Shown here: one piece after another, positions 55,133 through 64,000 of the stretch
Layout of the letters: each line of letters opens with the position of its first letter
Numbering within the stretch: position 1 is the first letter of the stretch
Assembly: GCA_034436775.1 (NCBI GenBank)
Contig: DAOTVI010000067.1
Coordinates: 9,173 to 73,172 of the forward strand
Source of the DNA: Anaerolineae bacterium
Lineage (GTDB): Bacteria > Chloroflexota > Anaerolineae > 4572-78 > NAK82
DNA: 64,000 bases
Direction: 5' to 3'
Notes under the pieces: generated by a model
Database searches by the model: none
The model's input: the letters and a program-made list of their open reading frames with translations, nothing else
Told to the model about the DNA's origin: nothing
Program-made: the position numbers and the translations under genes

Positions 55133-56065
55133 TCATCCCCCGATCAGGGCGCGGGTGATAAACAAGACGTTTGCCGGGCGCTCTGCCAGGCGCCGCATAA
55201 AATAGGGATACCACTGCGTCCCGTAGGGCACATAGACGCGCACCCGATAGCCATCCATGGCCAGGCGGCGTTGCCAGTCTCGCCTCACCCCGTATAACAT
55301 CTGAAACTCGAATTGCTCCTTGGCGATGTTCCGCCGCAGCGCTTCGCGTTCGGCCTGCAGGATGAGCTGGTGATCATGGGTGGCCAGCGCCGGGTAGAAG
55401 CCGTTCTGGAGCGCCTGTTCGCTCAACATCATGAGCATAAGACGTGCGTAGCTGGCGTCCACCTGCTTTTTGCTGCGCCATGCGATGGTGGACGGTTCGT
55501 CGTAGGCACCCTTGCATAGACGCACACTGCCACCCCGCATGATCAGCTGCTTCAGATCCTCTTCGGTGCGATAGAGATACGCCTGCAGGGCCACCCGCAG
55601 ATTGCGATGATGCTCCAGCAGCCGGTGGACGATGTTCAGGGTGGCCTGCGTGTAGGCGGATGCCTCCATGTCCACCTCAACCGTCAGATCGAATTGCTGG
55701 GCGGTGCGCACAATCGCACGCAGCTGATCATAGCAGAAATCCTCGCCGAAAGCGAGGCCTAAATGGGTCGGCTTGACCGAGATCGAGGATTGGAGAGATT
55801 CCTGGGCAATGCGTTGGACGAGCTGTTGATACTCTTCGGTGGCACGTCGCGCGTCTTGCGCACTGGCCACGTTCTCCCCCAGATGGTCCAACGTGGCCAG
55901 GATGCCGCTCCGGTTCAGATCTTTGACTACCGCAACGGCCTCGTCCAGCGTCTCACCGGCGATGAACCGCCGCGCCAGCCGGCGCATCGGGCCATAACGG
56001 ATGACCAGCCGGCGGGCACGCGCGCTCTGGGACAATGCAATGAAGACAGGACGCAACGGGTTCAT
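55133..56065 (-). CDS. Proline dehydrogenase (monofunctional PutA-type)
   Basis: 310 aa. Blocks RFIAGETLDEA, LDHLGE, SVKPTHLG, LCKGAY and ATHD. ATG 56065 overlaps the upstream stop (ATGA). Confidence 0.85.
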   Translation of the reverse strand: MNPLRPVFIALSQSARARRLVIRYGPMRRLARRFIAGETLDEAVAVVKDLNRSGILATLDHLGENVASAQDARRATEEYQQLVQRIAQESLQSSISVKPTHLGLAFGEDFCYDQLRAIVRTAQQFDLTVEVDMEASAYTQATLNIVHRLLEHHRNLRVALQAYLYRTEEDLKQLIMRGGSVRLCKGAYDEPSTIAWRSKKQVDASYARLMLMMLSEQALQNGFYPALATHDHQLILQAEREALRRNIAKEQFEFQMLYGVRRDWQRRLAMDGYRVRVYVPYGTQWYPYFMRRLAERPANVLFITRALIGG

Positions 56066-56394
56066 GGGGTTTCTCGCACAACGGAGGTGATCACCTCTTC
56101 TGAGATCAGGAAGACGGGGTCGGCGATCATCTTCAGCCACTCCCGAAGCTTCGCCTGGTAGTCCGGGTCATAGAAGAAGGCGCGCAGGGTCGCCATATCG
56201 GGAAAATATGCCTCGGTCATATAGCGATAAGGGGGTGTCGGTTGCTGCCAGGCCTCCTGGATGATGTAGAAATCGGTCTTGATCAGACCCGGGATCGCCA
56301 GGTTCTCCTGTTGATGTTCCGTGGTACGCCAGCGCAGAAATGCCTCGTGGTCGGCGTCCGGAGGCAAGTTGTACATTACGGTGAGCTTGACCAT
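56062..56394 (-). CDS. EthD-family (dimeric alpha/beta barrel) protein
   Basis: The 110-aa MVKLTVMYNLPPDADHEAFLRWRTTEH pattern is typical of the EthD/TIGR02118 family. Confidence 0.65.
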   Translation of the reverse strand: MVKLTVMYNLPPDADHEAFLRWRTTEHQQENLAIPGLIKTDFYIIQEAWQQPTPPYRYMTEAYFPDMATLRAFFYDPDYQAKLREWLKMIADPVFLISEEVITSVVRETP

Positions 56395-56460
56395 TGTGTC
56401 GTTCTCCTCATTTGTGCCTGACTTTGTTCGCAGGGCGAGCCCATCGTTGCAAGCAAGTAC

Positions 56461-57573
56461 CTACGCCTTCACCACCAATCGTCGATCGAAACCGGTCAAA
56501 GTGCGGGCACCCGAAGCGGTGACCACAACGATGTCCTCGATCCGGATGCCGAATTGTCCGGGGAAGTAGACACCGGGCTCGATGCTGAACACCATGCCCT
56601 CTTCGAGCAGCTGCTCATTGCCGGCCATAATCCAGGGAGGTTCGTGCACGCTCAGTCCCAGACCGTGACCGGTGCGGTGGATGAAACGCTCTGCGCAGCC
56701 GGCGGCCTCCAGCACAGCTCGGGCCGCGCGATCAACCGACGCGGCGGTCACCCTGGGTCTGACGGCGGCACGGGCCTGTTCATTGGCCTGCAAAACAGCC
56801 TCATAAGTGCGCAGAAAGGCCAGCGGCGGCTCGCCCAGGTAGACCACCCGCGTGATATCCGACTTGTAGTGGTTGAGCGAAGCCCCAATGTCAATGATGA
56901 CCGCATCTCCATGCTGGAGCGGGCGCTGTCCGCTGCGATGATGGGGAAAGGCGCTGTTGGGACCGGAGGCAACCAGGGTGAAACAAACGTAGTCCGCACC
57001 ATCCATGCGGAACGCCTGTTCCGCCGCCCATGCCACTTGGGCCTCGGTGACGCCGGGCCGGCATGCTTCGATGGCGGCCTGCATCGCGCGGTCGGCCTGC
57101 GCCGCCGCGGCTTGCAACAGCGCGATCTCGGAGGGCGATTTGCGCAATCTCAGGGGAGCGCCCAACGCTGCCAGCGTGATGACTTCTGGACCACCAGTCG
57201 TCTCGAGCAGGTGGAGCAGGAAGTCCGCCCGCATCTCGCCGTCCACAGCCAACCGTCGCAACGGCGCGACCTCAAGGGACGACAGGGCAGCCTGCAAGGC
57301 CGCGCGAGGACCTTCCGCATCTGCCCAGGTGTAGAGGGGCAGGGTGGTGTGGGTTTGCCACTCCGCCGCGTTGAGCGCCGGAGCCACCACCGCCACTTTG
57401 GCTGCCGCGATCAGCAGGAGGCAGAGGCGTTCATCCGGATAAGACGCATAGCCGGCCAGGTAGCGCATCATGTCACCGGGAGCCACTGCCGTCAGCGCCA
57501 CATTCGAGTGCGCCATCGCATCGCGCAGGATTTTCAGCCGTTGTTCGATTTCCACCGGTTCAATCGAGCTCAT
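56461..57573 (-). CDS. M24-family Xaa-Pro peptidase (creatinase/prolidase N-domain plus pita-bread domain)
   Basis: Metal ligands in DAVIIDIG, DITR, HRTGHGLG, VFSIEPG and IRIEDIV. Confidence 0.88.
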   Translation of the reverse strand: MSSIEPVEIEQRLKILRDAMAHSNVALTAVAPGDMMRYLAGYASYPDERLCLLLIAAAKVAVVAPALNAAEWQTHTTLPLYTWADAEGPRAALQAALSSLEVAPLRRLAVDGEMRADFLLHLLETTGGPEVITLAALGAPLRLRKSPSEIALLQAAAAQADRAMQAAIEACRPGVTEAQVAWAAEQAFRMDGADYVCFTLVASGPNSAFPHHRSGQRPLQHGDAVIIDIGASLNHYKSDITRVVYLGEPPLAFLRTYEAVLQANEQARAAVRPRVTAASVDRAARAVLEAAGCAERFIHRTGHGLGLSVHEPPWIMAGNEQLLEEGMVFSIEPGVYFPGQFGIRIEDIVVVTASGARTLTGFDRRLVVKA

Positions 57574-57642
57574 CCAATCTCCTCGCCTTGTTCATCATTT
57601 TGCCGGGGAGACACACCTCCTCCGCTGCCGGCCAGACGGATT

Positions 57643-59364
57643 TCAGTCAAGCCGTACCCGATCAAGCGGTTCATCGGGAAGCGGGACGCCATACAGGATG
57701 CGCGCCTGGTCAACGGTCAGGAAACCGTTGCGCACGTCCGCATAAACGCTGGCCGGATCCCGTTGTCGCGGATCGCCGTAACCGCCCCCGATGCCGGTCA
57801 CCAGGCGCACGATGTCACCGCGTTTCAGGGGATAGCGCGCCAGCTTGCCCTTCCACAGCACAGGCTCCGACGCACCTGCAGGGATGACCGCCACACCGTT
57901 GGGCGACCCCGGATGCCCTCCCATTGCGCCCCACGGGACGTACTTGTGCCGGCCAAAGGTGGTGGTGAGCTGGGCGGCAGCGCACAGGATCTGGTAGTCG
58001 CGGATCAGCCCAAATCCGCCGCGATACCGACCGGCACCGGCCGGCTGCACATTGAATGTGAACTGCTTCACCAGCAGGGGATAACGGGCCTCACACACTT
58101 CCACCGGCATAATGTACGTCTCGCCATCGCCGACGACCACCAAGCCGCTCTCGCCGTCCTTGGTTGCCCCGGCGCCCCAGCCACCCGCCTGCGGCTCCAC
58201 CAGGATGAAATACCCGCCATCCTCGTCGCGGCCACTGATCACCGTGCCACAGACGCTCAAAGAATGGCCTGCGGTCAGGCGGTCTGGCAAGACCGGAAAG
58301 AGCGCACGCCATAGCAGATCCACGGCATAGGCGCCGGTCTCCCAGTACGTTGAGACCGGCGCGGGGCGCTGCGCGGTGAAGACGGTGCCCTCCGGACAGA
58401 TCACCTGTATCGGGCGAAACCACCCTTCGTTGACAGCAGCTTGCGGGTCGGTGATGGCCTTGAATATTGTCCGGCACGCGGAGTGCAGGCGGGTGCGGGT
58501 GCAATTGATCGGCCCGGGCACCTGCGGCGCCGAACCGGTGAAATCGGCGATGAAAGCGCGGTCGGTGATGGTCACGCGCGCGCAGACGTATACCGGCTCA
58601 TCGGACAGCCCATCGTCGTCCATCCAATCCTCGGCGAAAAACGTTCCCTTGGGCAGCTGCATCAGAGCCTGGCGTGCCAGCCGCTCGCCGTGATCGAGGA
58701 TGGCCTGCATACTCCGGCACACTGTCTCCACGCCATAACGTTGGCAAATCTCCACAACACGGCGCTCGGCGCACCTCAGGGAGGCGATGCCGGCGTAGAG
58801 GTCACCCAGGGTGCGTTCCGGGGTGCGTACATTCGCCGCAATCAGCTCGATCAGCCCTTGCTCAGCCCTGCCGTTGCGGTAGATATGGATGGCGGGGAAC
58901 TGCAGTCCCTCCTGGAAGATCTCCCGGCTGTCGGTGGTCCAGCTGCCGGCGGCCATGCCCCCCACTTCGGTCCAGTGCGCCTTGTTGACCCCAAAAGCGA
59001 CCAGCCGGTCGTGGCAGAAAATCGGTGCGATCAACGCCACGTCGGAAAGGTGGTTTCCGCCACCTTGGTAGGGATCGTTGGTGATGAAGATGTCGCCGGG
59101 CTGGATCAAATGGGGAGGGAATTTTTGAAGGATGGCCTTCACCGCGAAGGACAGGGTGCCCAAGAAGCCGGGCACACCGTTCGCCTGTGCGATCAAGTCG
59201 CCCTTGCTGTCCGTGATGGCACAGGCATAATCCAATACTTCATAGATGATAGGACTTTGGCTGCTCCGTCCGAGCACGACAAAGCTTTCCTCCGCGGCGG
59301 CAATCAGCTGCTCGCGGACGATCTCCACGGTGAAAGGGTCGAGATGGGGTTCCGGCATGTTCAT
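57643..59364 (-). CDS. hyuB: Hydantoinase B/oxoprolinase family protein, paralogue 3 of 3
   Basis: DPFTVEI..., SPIIYEVLDYACAITD, ITNDPYQGGGNHLSDV and NKAHWTEVGG blocks. ATGA overlap with the upstream paralogue. Confidence 0.9.
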   Translation of the reverse strand: MNMPEPHLDPFTVEIVREQLIAAAEESFVVLGRSSQSPIIYEVLDYACAITDSKGDLIAQANGVPGFLGTLSFAVKAILQKFPPHLIQPGDIFITNDPYQGGGNHLSDVALIAPIFCHDRLVAFGVNKAHWTEVGGMAAGSWTTDSREIFQEGLQFPAIHIYRNGRAEQGLIELIAANVRTPERTLGDLYAGIASLRCAERRVVEICQRYGVETVCRSMQAILDHGERLARQALMQLPKGTFFAEDWMDDDGLSDEPVYVCARVTITDRAFIADFTGSAPQVPGPINCTRTRLHSACRTIFKAITDPQAAVNEGWFRPIQVICPEGTVFTAQRPAPVSTYWETGAYAVDLLWRALFPVLPDRLTAGHSLSVCGTVISGRDEDGGYFILVEPQAGGWGAGATKDGESGLVVVGDGETYIMPVEVCEARYPLLVKQFTFNVQPAGAGRYRGGFGLIRDYQILCAAAQLTTTFGRHKYVPWGAMGGHPGSPNGVAVIPAGASEPVLWKGKLARYPLKRGDIVRLVTGIGGGYGDPRQRDPASVYADVRNGFLTVDQARILYGVPLPDEPLDRVRLD

Positions 59365-61121
59365 CGCCCCACGAGTTTGCCCTTTCTGCGCGCCGCGCGC
59401 AAGGCAGCGGTAGCGGCCACGTCCACCCCCTGGCCATCTGGGCCAAACACGACGCCGAACAAGCGGGTGGCCTCCTCAGGTTCGAAGAAGCCGTTGCGCA
59501 CATCCTCCCACACGCGCCGGACCTCGCGCGCCAGGGGATCTCCGTATCCGCCTCCCACGCCGGTGATCAGACGCACCCGGTCATTGCGCTGCAATCGGTA
59601 ACGCGCCAGCTTGCCGGCCCGGATTGTCGGCTGTTCGGCACTTCCGCCGTGTGGGTAGACTTCAATGGCGTTGGGCGAGCCGTCTGCACCGCCGGCATAT
59701 CCCCACGGAGGGAAACGATGTCGGCCGAACGTCGCAGTGAGCTCGGCCTGGGCACACAGGATGCGATACTCGCGCACCAGGCCAAAGCCACCCCGGAAGC
59801 ACCCCGCGCCGGCCGGGACTGTGTTCAAGCGATACTGCTCTACCAACAGCGGATAGCGCTGTTCACACACCTCAACCGGCATCACATAGGTCTCGCCGTC
59901 GCCGGCCACCACCAGTCCCGACTCGCCGTCGCGATCGTGGGTCGCCCCCCATCCCCCGGCCTGGGGCTCGACCAGCACAAACGGGCCGCGTTCTTCGTCC
60001 ACCCCGCTCAGGATGGTGCCGCAAACGCTCAAGGAGTGCCCCACCGGCAGGCGGTCACGCGCCACCGGATAGAGGGCGCGCCAGATCAGCTCGCTGGCAT
60101 AGGCGCCGGTTTCCCAGTATACGGAAACCGGCGCCGGACGCTGAGCAGTAAAGATCGTACCATCGGGACAGACGACCCGCAAGGGATCAAACAGCCCCTC
60201 GTTGTTCGGTTCGTGGGGGGCGACAATCGCCTTGAAGATCTCACGACATGAGACTTCCAGTCCCACGCGGGTGGTGTTGATCGGACCGAGCGTCTGAGGT
60301 GGCACGCCGGTGAAGTCGGCGGTGAACCCCTCCTCGCCGACGGAGACATGCACCCGCACATGCAAGGGCTGTTGACCGATGCCATCGTCGTCAATCCAGT
60401 CCTCGGCACTGTAGTGACCATAGGGTATCTGCCGCAAGGCGGCCCAGGCCACCGCGCGACCGTGCTCTAAGATACTCTGCATGGTGTGATGCACGGCCTC
60501 GCGGCCATATTTGTGGCATAGCTCCAGGACGCCCGCCTCGCCGGCCCGCAGCGAAGCCACGCCCGCATAGATATCTCCCAAGGTCATCTCCGGGAGGCGC
60601 ACGTTCGCCGCGATGAGGTCAAGCAGCGCCGCATCGGGCCGACCACGGTGGTAGAGGCGCAGTCCGGGCAGCTGCAGACCCTCTTGAAAGATCTCAGTGG
60701 AGTCGACAGTCCAGCTGCCCGCTGCCATGCCTCCCATCTCCGTCCAGTGCGCTTTGTTGGCTGCGAACGCGACCAACCGTCCTTCGTAAAAGATCGGAGC
60801 GATCAGCGTCACGTCCGAAAGATGGGTGCCACCGCCCTCGTAGGGATCATTGGTGACAAAGATATCCCCCGGTGCGATCTGCTCCGGACCGAACTTGCGC
60901 AGGATCGCGCGCACCCCGAAACCAAGACACCCGATGAAACCTGGGATGCCCTCCGCCTCGGCCACTAAACTGCCGTCCGGTGCGGTCAAGCCACAGGCGC
61001 AGTCGAGCACCTCGTAAATGATGGGGCTCTGGCTGGTGCGCTTCAACGTGAGGAACATCGCCTCCGCTGAAGCCCGCAGCGCCTCGGCGATGACCTCAGT
61101 GGTGAACGGATCGGCTCGCAT
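59361..61121 (-). CDS. hyuB: Hydantoinase B/oxoprolinase family protein, paralogue 2 of 3
   Basis: Same conserved blocks (VTNDPYEGGGTHLSDV, NKAHWTEMGG). Roughly 55-60% identical to its neighbours by eye. Confidence 0.9.
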   Translation of the reverse strand: MRADPFTTEVIAEALRASAEAMFLTLKRTSQSPIIYEVLDCACGLTAPDGSLVAEAEGIPGFIGCLGFGVRAILRKFGPEQIAPGDIFVTNDPYEGGGTHLSDVTLIAPIFYEGRLVAFAANKAHWTEMGGMAAGSWTVDSTEIFQEGLQLPGLRLYHRGRPDAALLDLIAANVRLPEMTLGDIYAGVASLRAGEAGVLELCHKYGREAVHHTMQSILEHGRAVAWAALRQIPYGHYSAEDWIDDDGIGQQPLHVRVHVSVGEEGFTADFTGVPPQTLGPINTTRVGLEVSCREIFKAIVAPHEPNNEGLFDPLRVVCPDGTIFTAQRPAPVSVYWETGAYASELIWRALYPVARDRLPVGHSLSVCGTILSGVDEERGPFVLVEPQAGGWGATHDRDGESGLVVAGDGETYVMPVEVCEQRYPLLVEQYRLNTVPAGAGCFRGGFGLVREYRILCAQAELTATFGRHRFPPWGYAGGADGSPNAIEVYPHGGSAEQPTIRAGKLARYRLQRNDRVRLITGVGGGYGDPLAREVRRVWEDVRNGFFEPEEATRLFGVVFGPDGQGVDVAATAALRAARRKGKLVGR

Positions 61122-61146
61122 GAAAGTCAGGATACGAGGGTGAAGG

Positions 61147-62901
61147 TCAGGCGCTCTCTTTCACCTTTTGTGCGCGTTTGCCCACCAGCTCCAGGACCTG
61201 CAACGTCTCCGGATCAACCACCACGCCGTATTGGTCGCGCGCCATTTCGGGGGTGATATAGCCGTCCCGGACGTCCTCGACCACCTTTTCGATGGGCCGC
61301 TCATAGGGGTCGCCATAGCCTCCTCCGGTGCCGGTCACGAGACGCACCAGATCCCCCTTCTTCACCGGCAGTCGGGCGATCTTGCCCACGACGAGCGGTT
61401 CACGCCCATCGGCCCAGATGATCTTCATGTAGTTGCGAGATCCAGGGCTGCCACCCGCCATGCCCCAGGGCAGGAATTTGAAACGTCCGAAGGTGCCGGT
61501 ATGCTGGGCGCTGTCGGCCAGGATGCGATAATCGCGCACCATGCCACGGCCGCCTCGGAACTTGCCTGCACCCCCCTCGGTGATGTCGTAGGCATACTGT
61601 TCGACCAGCACGCCATAACGCTGCTCACATACTTCCACCGGCACATTGTAGGTCTCGCCGTCCCCCACGCAGAACATGCCGTTCTCGCCGTCTTTGGTTG
61701 CGCCGGCACCCCAGCCGCCCGCGCTCGGCTCCACCAGGATGAACAACGCGCCCGTGTCGGGATGCAGGCCGGCGATGATCGGAGCACATACGCTGAGGAA
61801 GTGGCCTGCCGGCAGCCGATGGGGCAGCACCGGCGCCATGGCTTTCCAGATCAGATCGGCTGCGTACAACATCGTCTCCCAATAGGTGGACACCGCTGCG
61901 GGCCGTTCTGCGGTGAAGATGGTGCGCGGCGGGCAGATGATCTCCAACGGGCGGAAACAGCCATCGTTGGTGGGGATGGAAGGATCGGTCAGGGCGAGGA
62001 AGATGGCGCGCGCCGCGGCCACGAGCGCCGTCCAGCCCGCATTCACCGGCCCCAGCACTTGGGGATGGCTGCCCGTGTAATCGCAGATGAGCTTGTCGGG
62101 GGTGACGGTGACCTTCACCTGCACCTTGAAAGGCCCCTCTGAGATTCCGTCGTCATCAATGTAATCCTCTGCCTCATAGACACCCGGCGGGATCTTGCGC
62201 AACTCCTGGCGGATCAGCGTTTCGCTGTCGTTCATCAGCTTCTCGATGCCCGCCGTGACGGTTTCAACCCCATATTTGTCGCACAGCTCGCGAAAGCGCC
62301 GCTCGGCAATGCGCAGGGAAGCCGCCTGCGCCATCATATCGCCGATGCTCATGTCCGGCGTGCGCACGTTCGCGCGGATCAAGTCCACCAGGCCCTGGTT
62401 GATCTTCCCCTCTTCGAAGATTTTGATGACCGGGAACTGCAACCCTTCCTGGTAGATTTCGGTGGAGTCGGTGGTCCAGCTGCCCGCCGCCATTCCACCC
62501 ACTTCCGTCCAGTGCCCTTTGTTGGCGGCAAAGGCAACGATCTTCCCGTCGTAGAAGATAGGCATAATCAACGAGACATCCGAAAGATGGGTGCCTCCGC
62601 CGCCGTAAGGGTCATTGGTGATCACGATGTCACCGGGTTTCAGCCCATCGTAGCCGAACTTCTCGAGCACACTGCGCACTCCATAATCGAGCGTGCCGAG
62701 GAACAGTGTGACCCCATTGCCCTGGGTGATGAGGCGTCCTTGGGCATCGGTCAAACCGGTGGCATAGTCGAGGGTCTCGTAGATGATGACGCTCATGCTG
62801 GTGCGCTGCATGGTGACGAACATCTCGTCTCCGATTGCGCGCAAGCTCTCGCTTATGATCTCAAGGGTGAAGGGATCAACCCCGTTTCCGTTGCGTGCCA
62901 T
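61147..62901 (-). CDS. hyuB: Hydantoinase B/oxoprolinase family protein, paralogue 1 of 3
   Basis: Same conserved blocks (ITNDPYGGGGTHLSDV, NKGHWTEVGG). Confidence 0.9.
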   Translation of the reverse strand: MARNGNGVDPFTLEIISESLRAIGDEMFVTMQRTSMSVIIYETLDYATGLTDAQGRLITQGNGVTLFLGTLDYGVRSVLEKFGYDGLKPGDIVITNDPYGGGGTHLSDVSLIMPIFYDGKIVAFAANKGHWTEVGGMAAGSWTTDSTEIYQEGLQFPVIKIFEEGKINQGLVDLIRANVRTPDMSIGDMMAQAASLRIAERRFRELCDKYGVETVTAGIEKLMNDSETLIRQELRKIPPGVYEAEDYIDDDGISEGPFKVQVKVTVTPDKLICDYTGSHPQVLGPVNAGWTALVAAARAIFLALTDPSIPTNDGCFRPLEIICPPRTIFTAERPAAVSTYWETMLYAADLIWKAMAPVLPHRLPAGHFLSVCAPIIAGLHPDTGALFILVEPSAGGWGAGATKDGENGMFCVGDGETYNVPVEVCEQRYGVLVEQYAYDITEGGAGKFRGGRGMVRDYRILADSAQHTGTFGRFKFLPWGMAGGSPGSRNYMKIIWADGREPLVVGKIARLPVKKGDLVRLVTGTGGGYGDPYERPIEKVVEDVRDGYITPEMARDQYGVVVDPETLQVLELVGKRAQKVKESA

Positions 62902-62932
62902 GTCAAAAATCCTCCTTCAACCAGAGCGGGTA

Positions 62933-64000
62933 TCAGGCGTATGCCGTGTGGATGTGCAGGAAGCCGTATTCATCCCGATATACTGTTTGATCGGGAAAGA
63001 CCACCGTCGTGGATGCCGGCTCCTCAATCACCAAGGGGCCTGGGATGCGAACGCCAACCGGCAGGAGGCTGCGTTCATAGATGGGGGCTTCGTGGTAACC
63101 CAGCTCATCGAAGTTGACGCGCCGCGTGCCCTTCCGCGCGGCCTCCAAGCTGCCTTGGGTGCCGTCCAGCTTCTTGAGCTGGGGCTTTTCGACGATGCCA
63201 AAGCCGGTTACATGGTAATTGACAAACTCGATCAGGGTGTCCAAACGGAAGGTGTAAGTATGCTCATGCAAGCGGTGGAAACGCTCGCAGATCTCCGGCA
63301 TCATGGCGTCGGTGATGACCCCACCCGGGATGGGCACCTTGACCGTGTGCTCCTGGCCCAGATAACGCATATCCGCAAAGCGCTGGAACATCATGCGCTC
63401 TTCCGGGATATGCTGATCCAGCAAGTTTTGTCGGGCAACCGCCTCCATCCCACAGTAGATTTCCGTCAGTGTCGCCGCAGAAATCTGGTCGGCGCGCCGG
63501 ATGGTGGTGCGGATGAAGTCATAGCGCAGATCGGTCATTAGCATGCCCCAGGCGGAAAAGACAGCCGGCTCGTTGGGGATGAGCACCTCTTTGACCCGCA
63601 ACTCGCGCGCCAACGCACCGGCATGCATAGCGCCGCCACCGCCGAACGCGATCAGCACAAAATCACGCGGGTCATAACCACGCCGCACCGACACCAGCTT
63701 CAGCGCGTTGATCATGTTGGCATCGGCCAGGCGGATGACACCCATTGCGGCCTCTTCCACGCTGACTTTGAAGTGGTCGGCGATGGGTTTCATCGCGCGT
63801 TGCGCATTTTCCACATCCAGCTTTATTTCGCCTCCGAGGAAGTAGTCCGGGTTGATGCGGCCTGCCAAGACATTCGCGTCCGTCACCGTGGGTTTGTCGC
63901 CGCCGCGGCCATAACACGCCGGTCCGGGGACGGCGCCCGCGCTCACCGGTCCGACCTTGAGGGCGCCGGCATTATCCACCCAAGCAATGGAACCACCCCC
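62933..64000 (-). CDS. hyuA: Hydantoinase A/oxoprolinase family protein, C-terminal part (gene continues beyond the window)
   Basis: The frame stays open to position 64000 (…GGGSIAWVDNAGALKVGPVSAGAVPGPACYGRGGDKPTVTDANV…). The 'M' in the ORF track is an internal GTG. Confidence 0.85.
   Translation of the reverse strand, partial: GGGSIAWVDNAGALKVGPVSAGAVPGPACYGRGGDKPTVTDANVLAGRINPDYFLGGEIKLDVENAQRAMKPIADHFKVSVEEAAMGVIRLADANMINALKLVSVRRGYDPRDFVLIAFGGGGAMHAGALARELRVKEVLIPNEPAVFSAWGMLMTDLRYDFIRTTIRRADQISAATLTEIYCGMEAVARQNLLDQHIPEERMMFQRFADMRYLGQEHTVKVPIPGGVITDAMMPEICERFHRLHEHTYTFRLDTLIEFVNYHVTGFGIVEKPQLKKLDGTQGSLEAARKGTRRVNFDELGYHEAPIYERSLLPVGVRIPGPLVIEEPASTTVVFPDQTVYRDEYGFLHIHTAYA

Overview
64-kb high-GC (about 60-65% by eye) bacterial chromosomal segment. 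Gene content and the style of its secreted proteins are reminiscent of Chloroflexota, but that is inference only. I support about 58 protein-coding genes, one tRNA-Leu(GAG), several near-consensus sigma-70 promoters, a LacI-type operator pair, some hairpin terminators and two families of short intergenic repeats. I saw no rRNA, CRISPR array, transposase, integrase or phage genes. The many long antisense ORFs in the track are high-GC shadow ORFs. Gene content, left to right: a peptide-type ABC locus with two binding proteins and two ATPases but no permease; a GAF-PAS histidine kinase; aroH plus DAHP synthase; thrS; a minus-strand cluster with two carbamoyltransferases, carbamate kinase, a HicB/DinB fusion, a ThrC-like enzyme, a GT2 and a second fold-type II PLP enzyme; a low-GC patch; a four-gene secreted operon next to tRNA-Leu (GH5-like giant, 78-aa protein, PQQ-propeller giant, LamG protein); ResB/CcsA-like genes; small membrane and MerR genes; HAD hydrolase and rlmN; an OmpR/HK pair with a Cys/Met/Gly-rich secreted protein; MsmX-like ATPase and an autoregulated LacI; GNAT; a peroxiredoxin gene interrupted by an in-frame TGA; DUF4126/DUF4013 membrane proteins; pyrimidine-nucleoside phosphorylase; a URO-D-like gene with a sugar ABC operon; ADH; and a proline dehydrogenase/EthD/M24 peptidase/three tandem hyuB/hyuA operon that runs off the right edge. 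Most interesting observations: (1) a TGA exactly at the peroxidatic-Cys codon of an AhpE-like peroxiredoxin fused to a mycoredoxin-like domain, followed by a SECIS-like hairpin, making it a candidate selenoprotein; (2) a [FYW]LP[LV][VI]LR motif shared by all proteins of the secreted operon, at the extreme C-terminus of two giants and just after the signal peptide of the others; (3) the paired carbamoyltransferase/carbamate kinase/PLP-enzyme cluster as a possible uncharacterised ureido-compound pathway; (4) one HyuA with three HyuB paralogues; (5) dispersed modular GC-rich hairpin repeats and a MITE-like pair.
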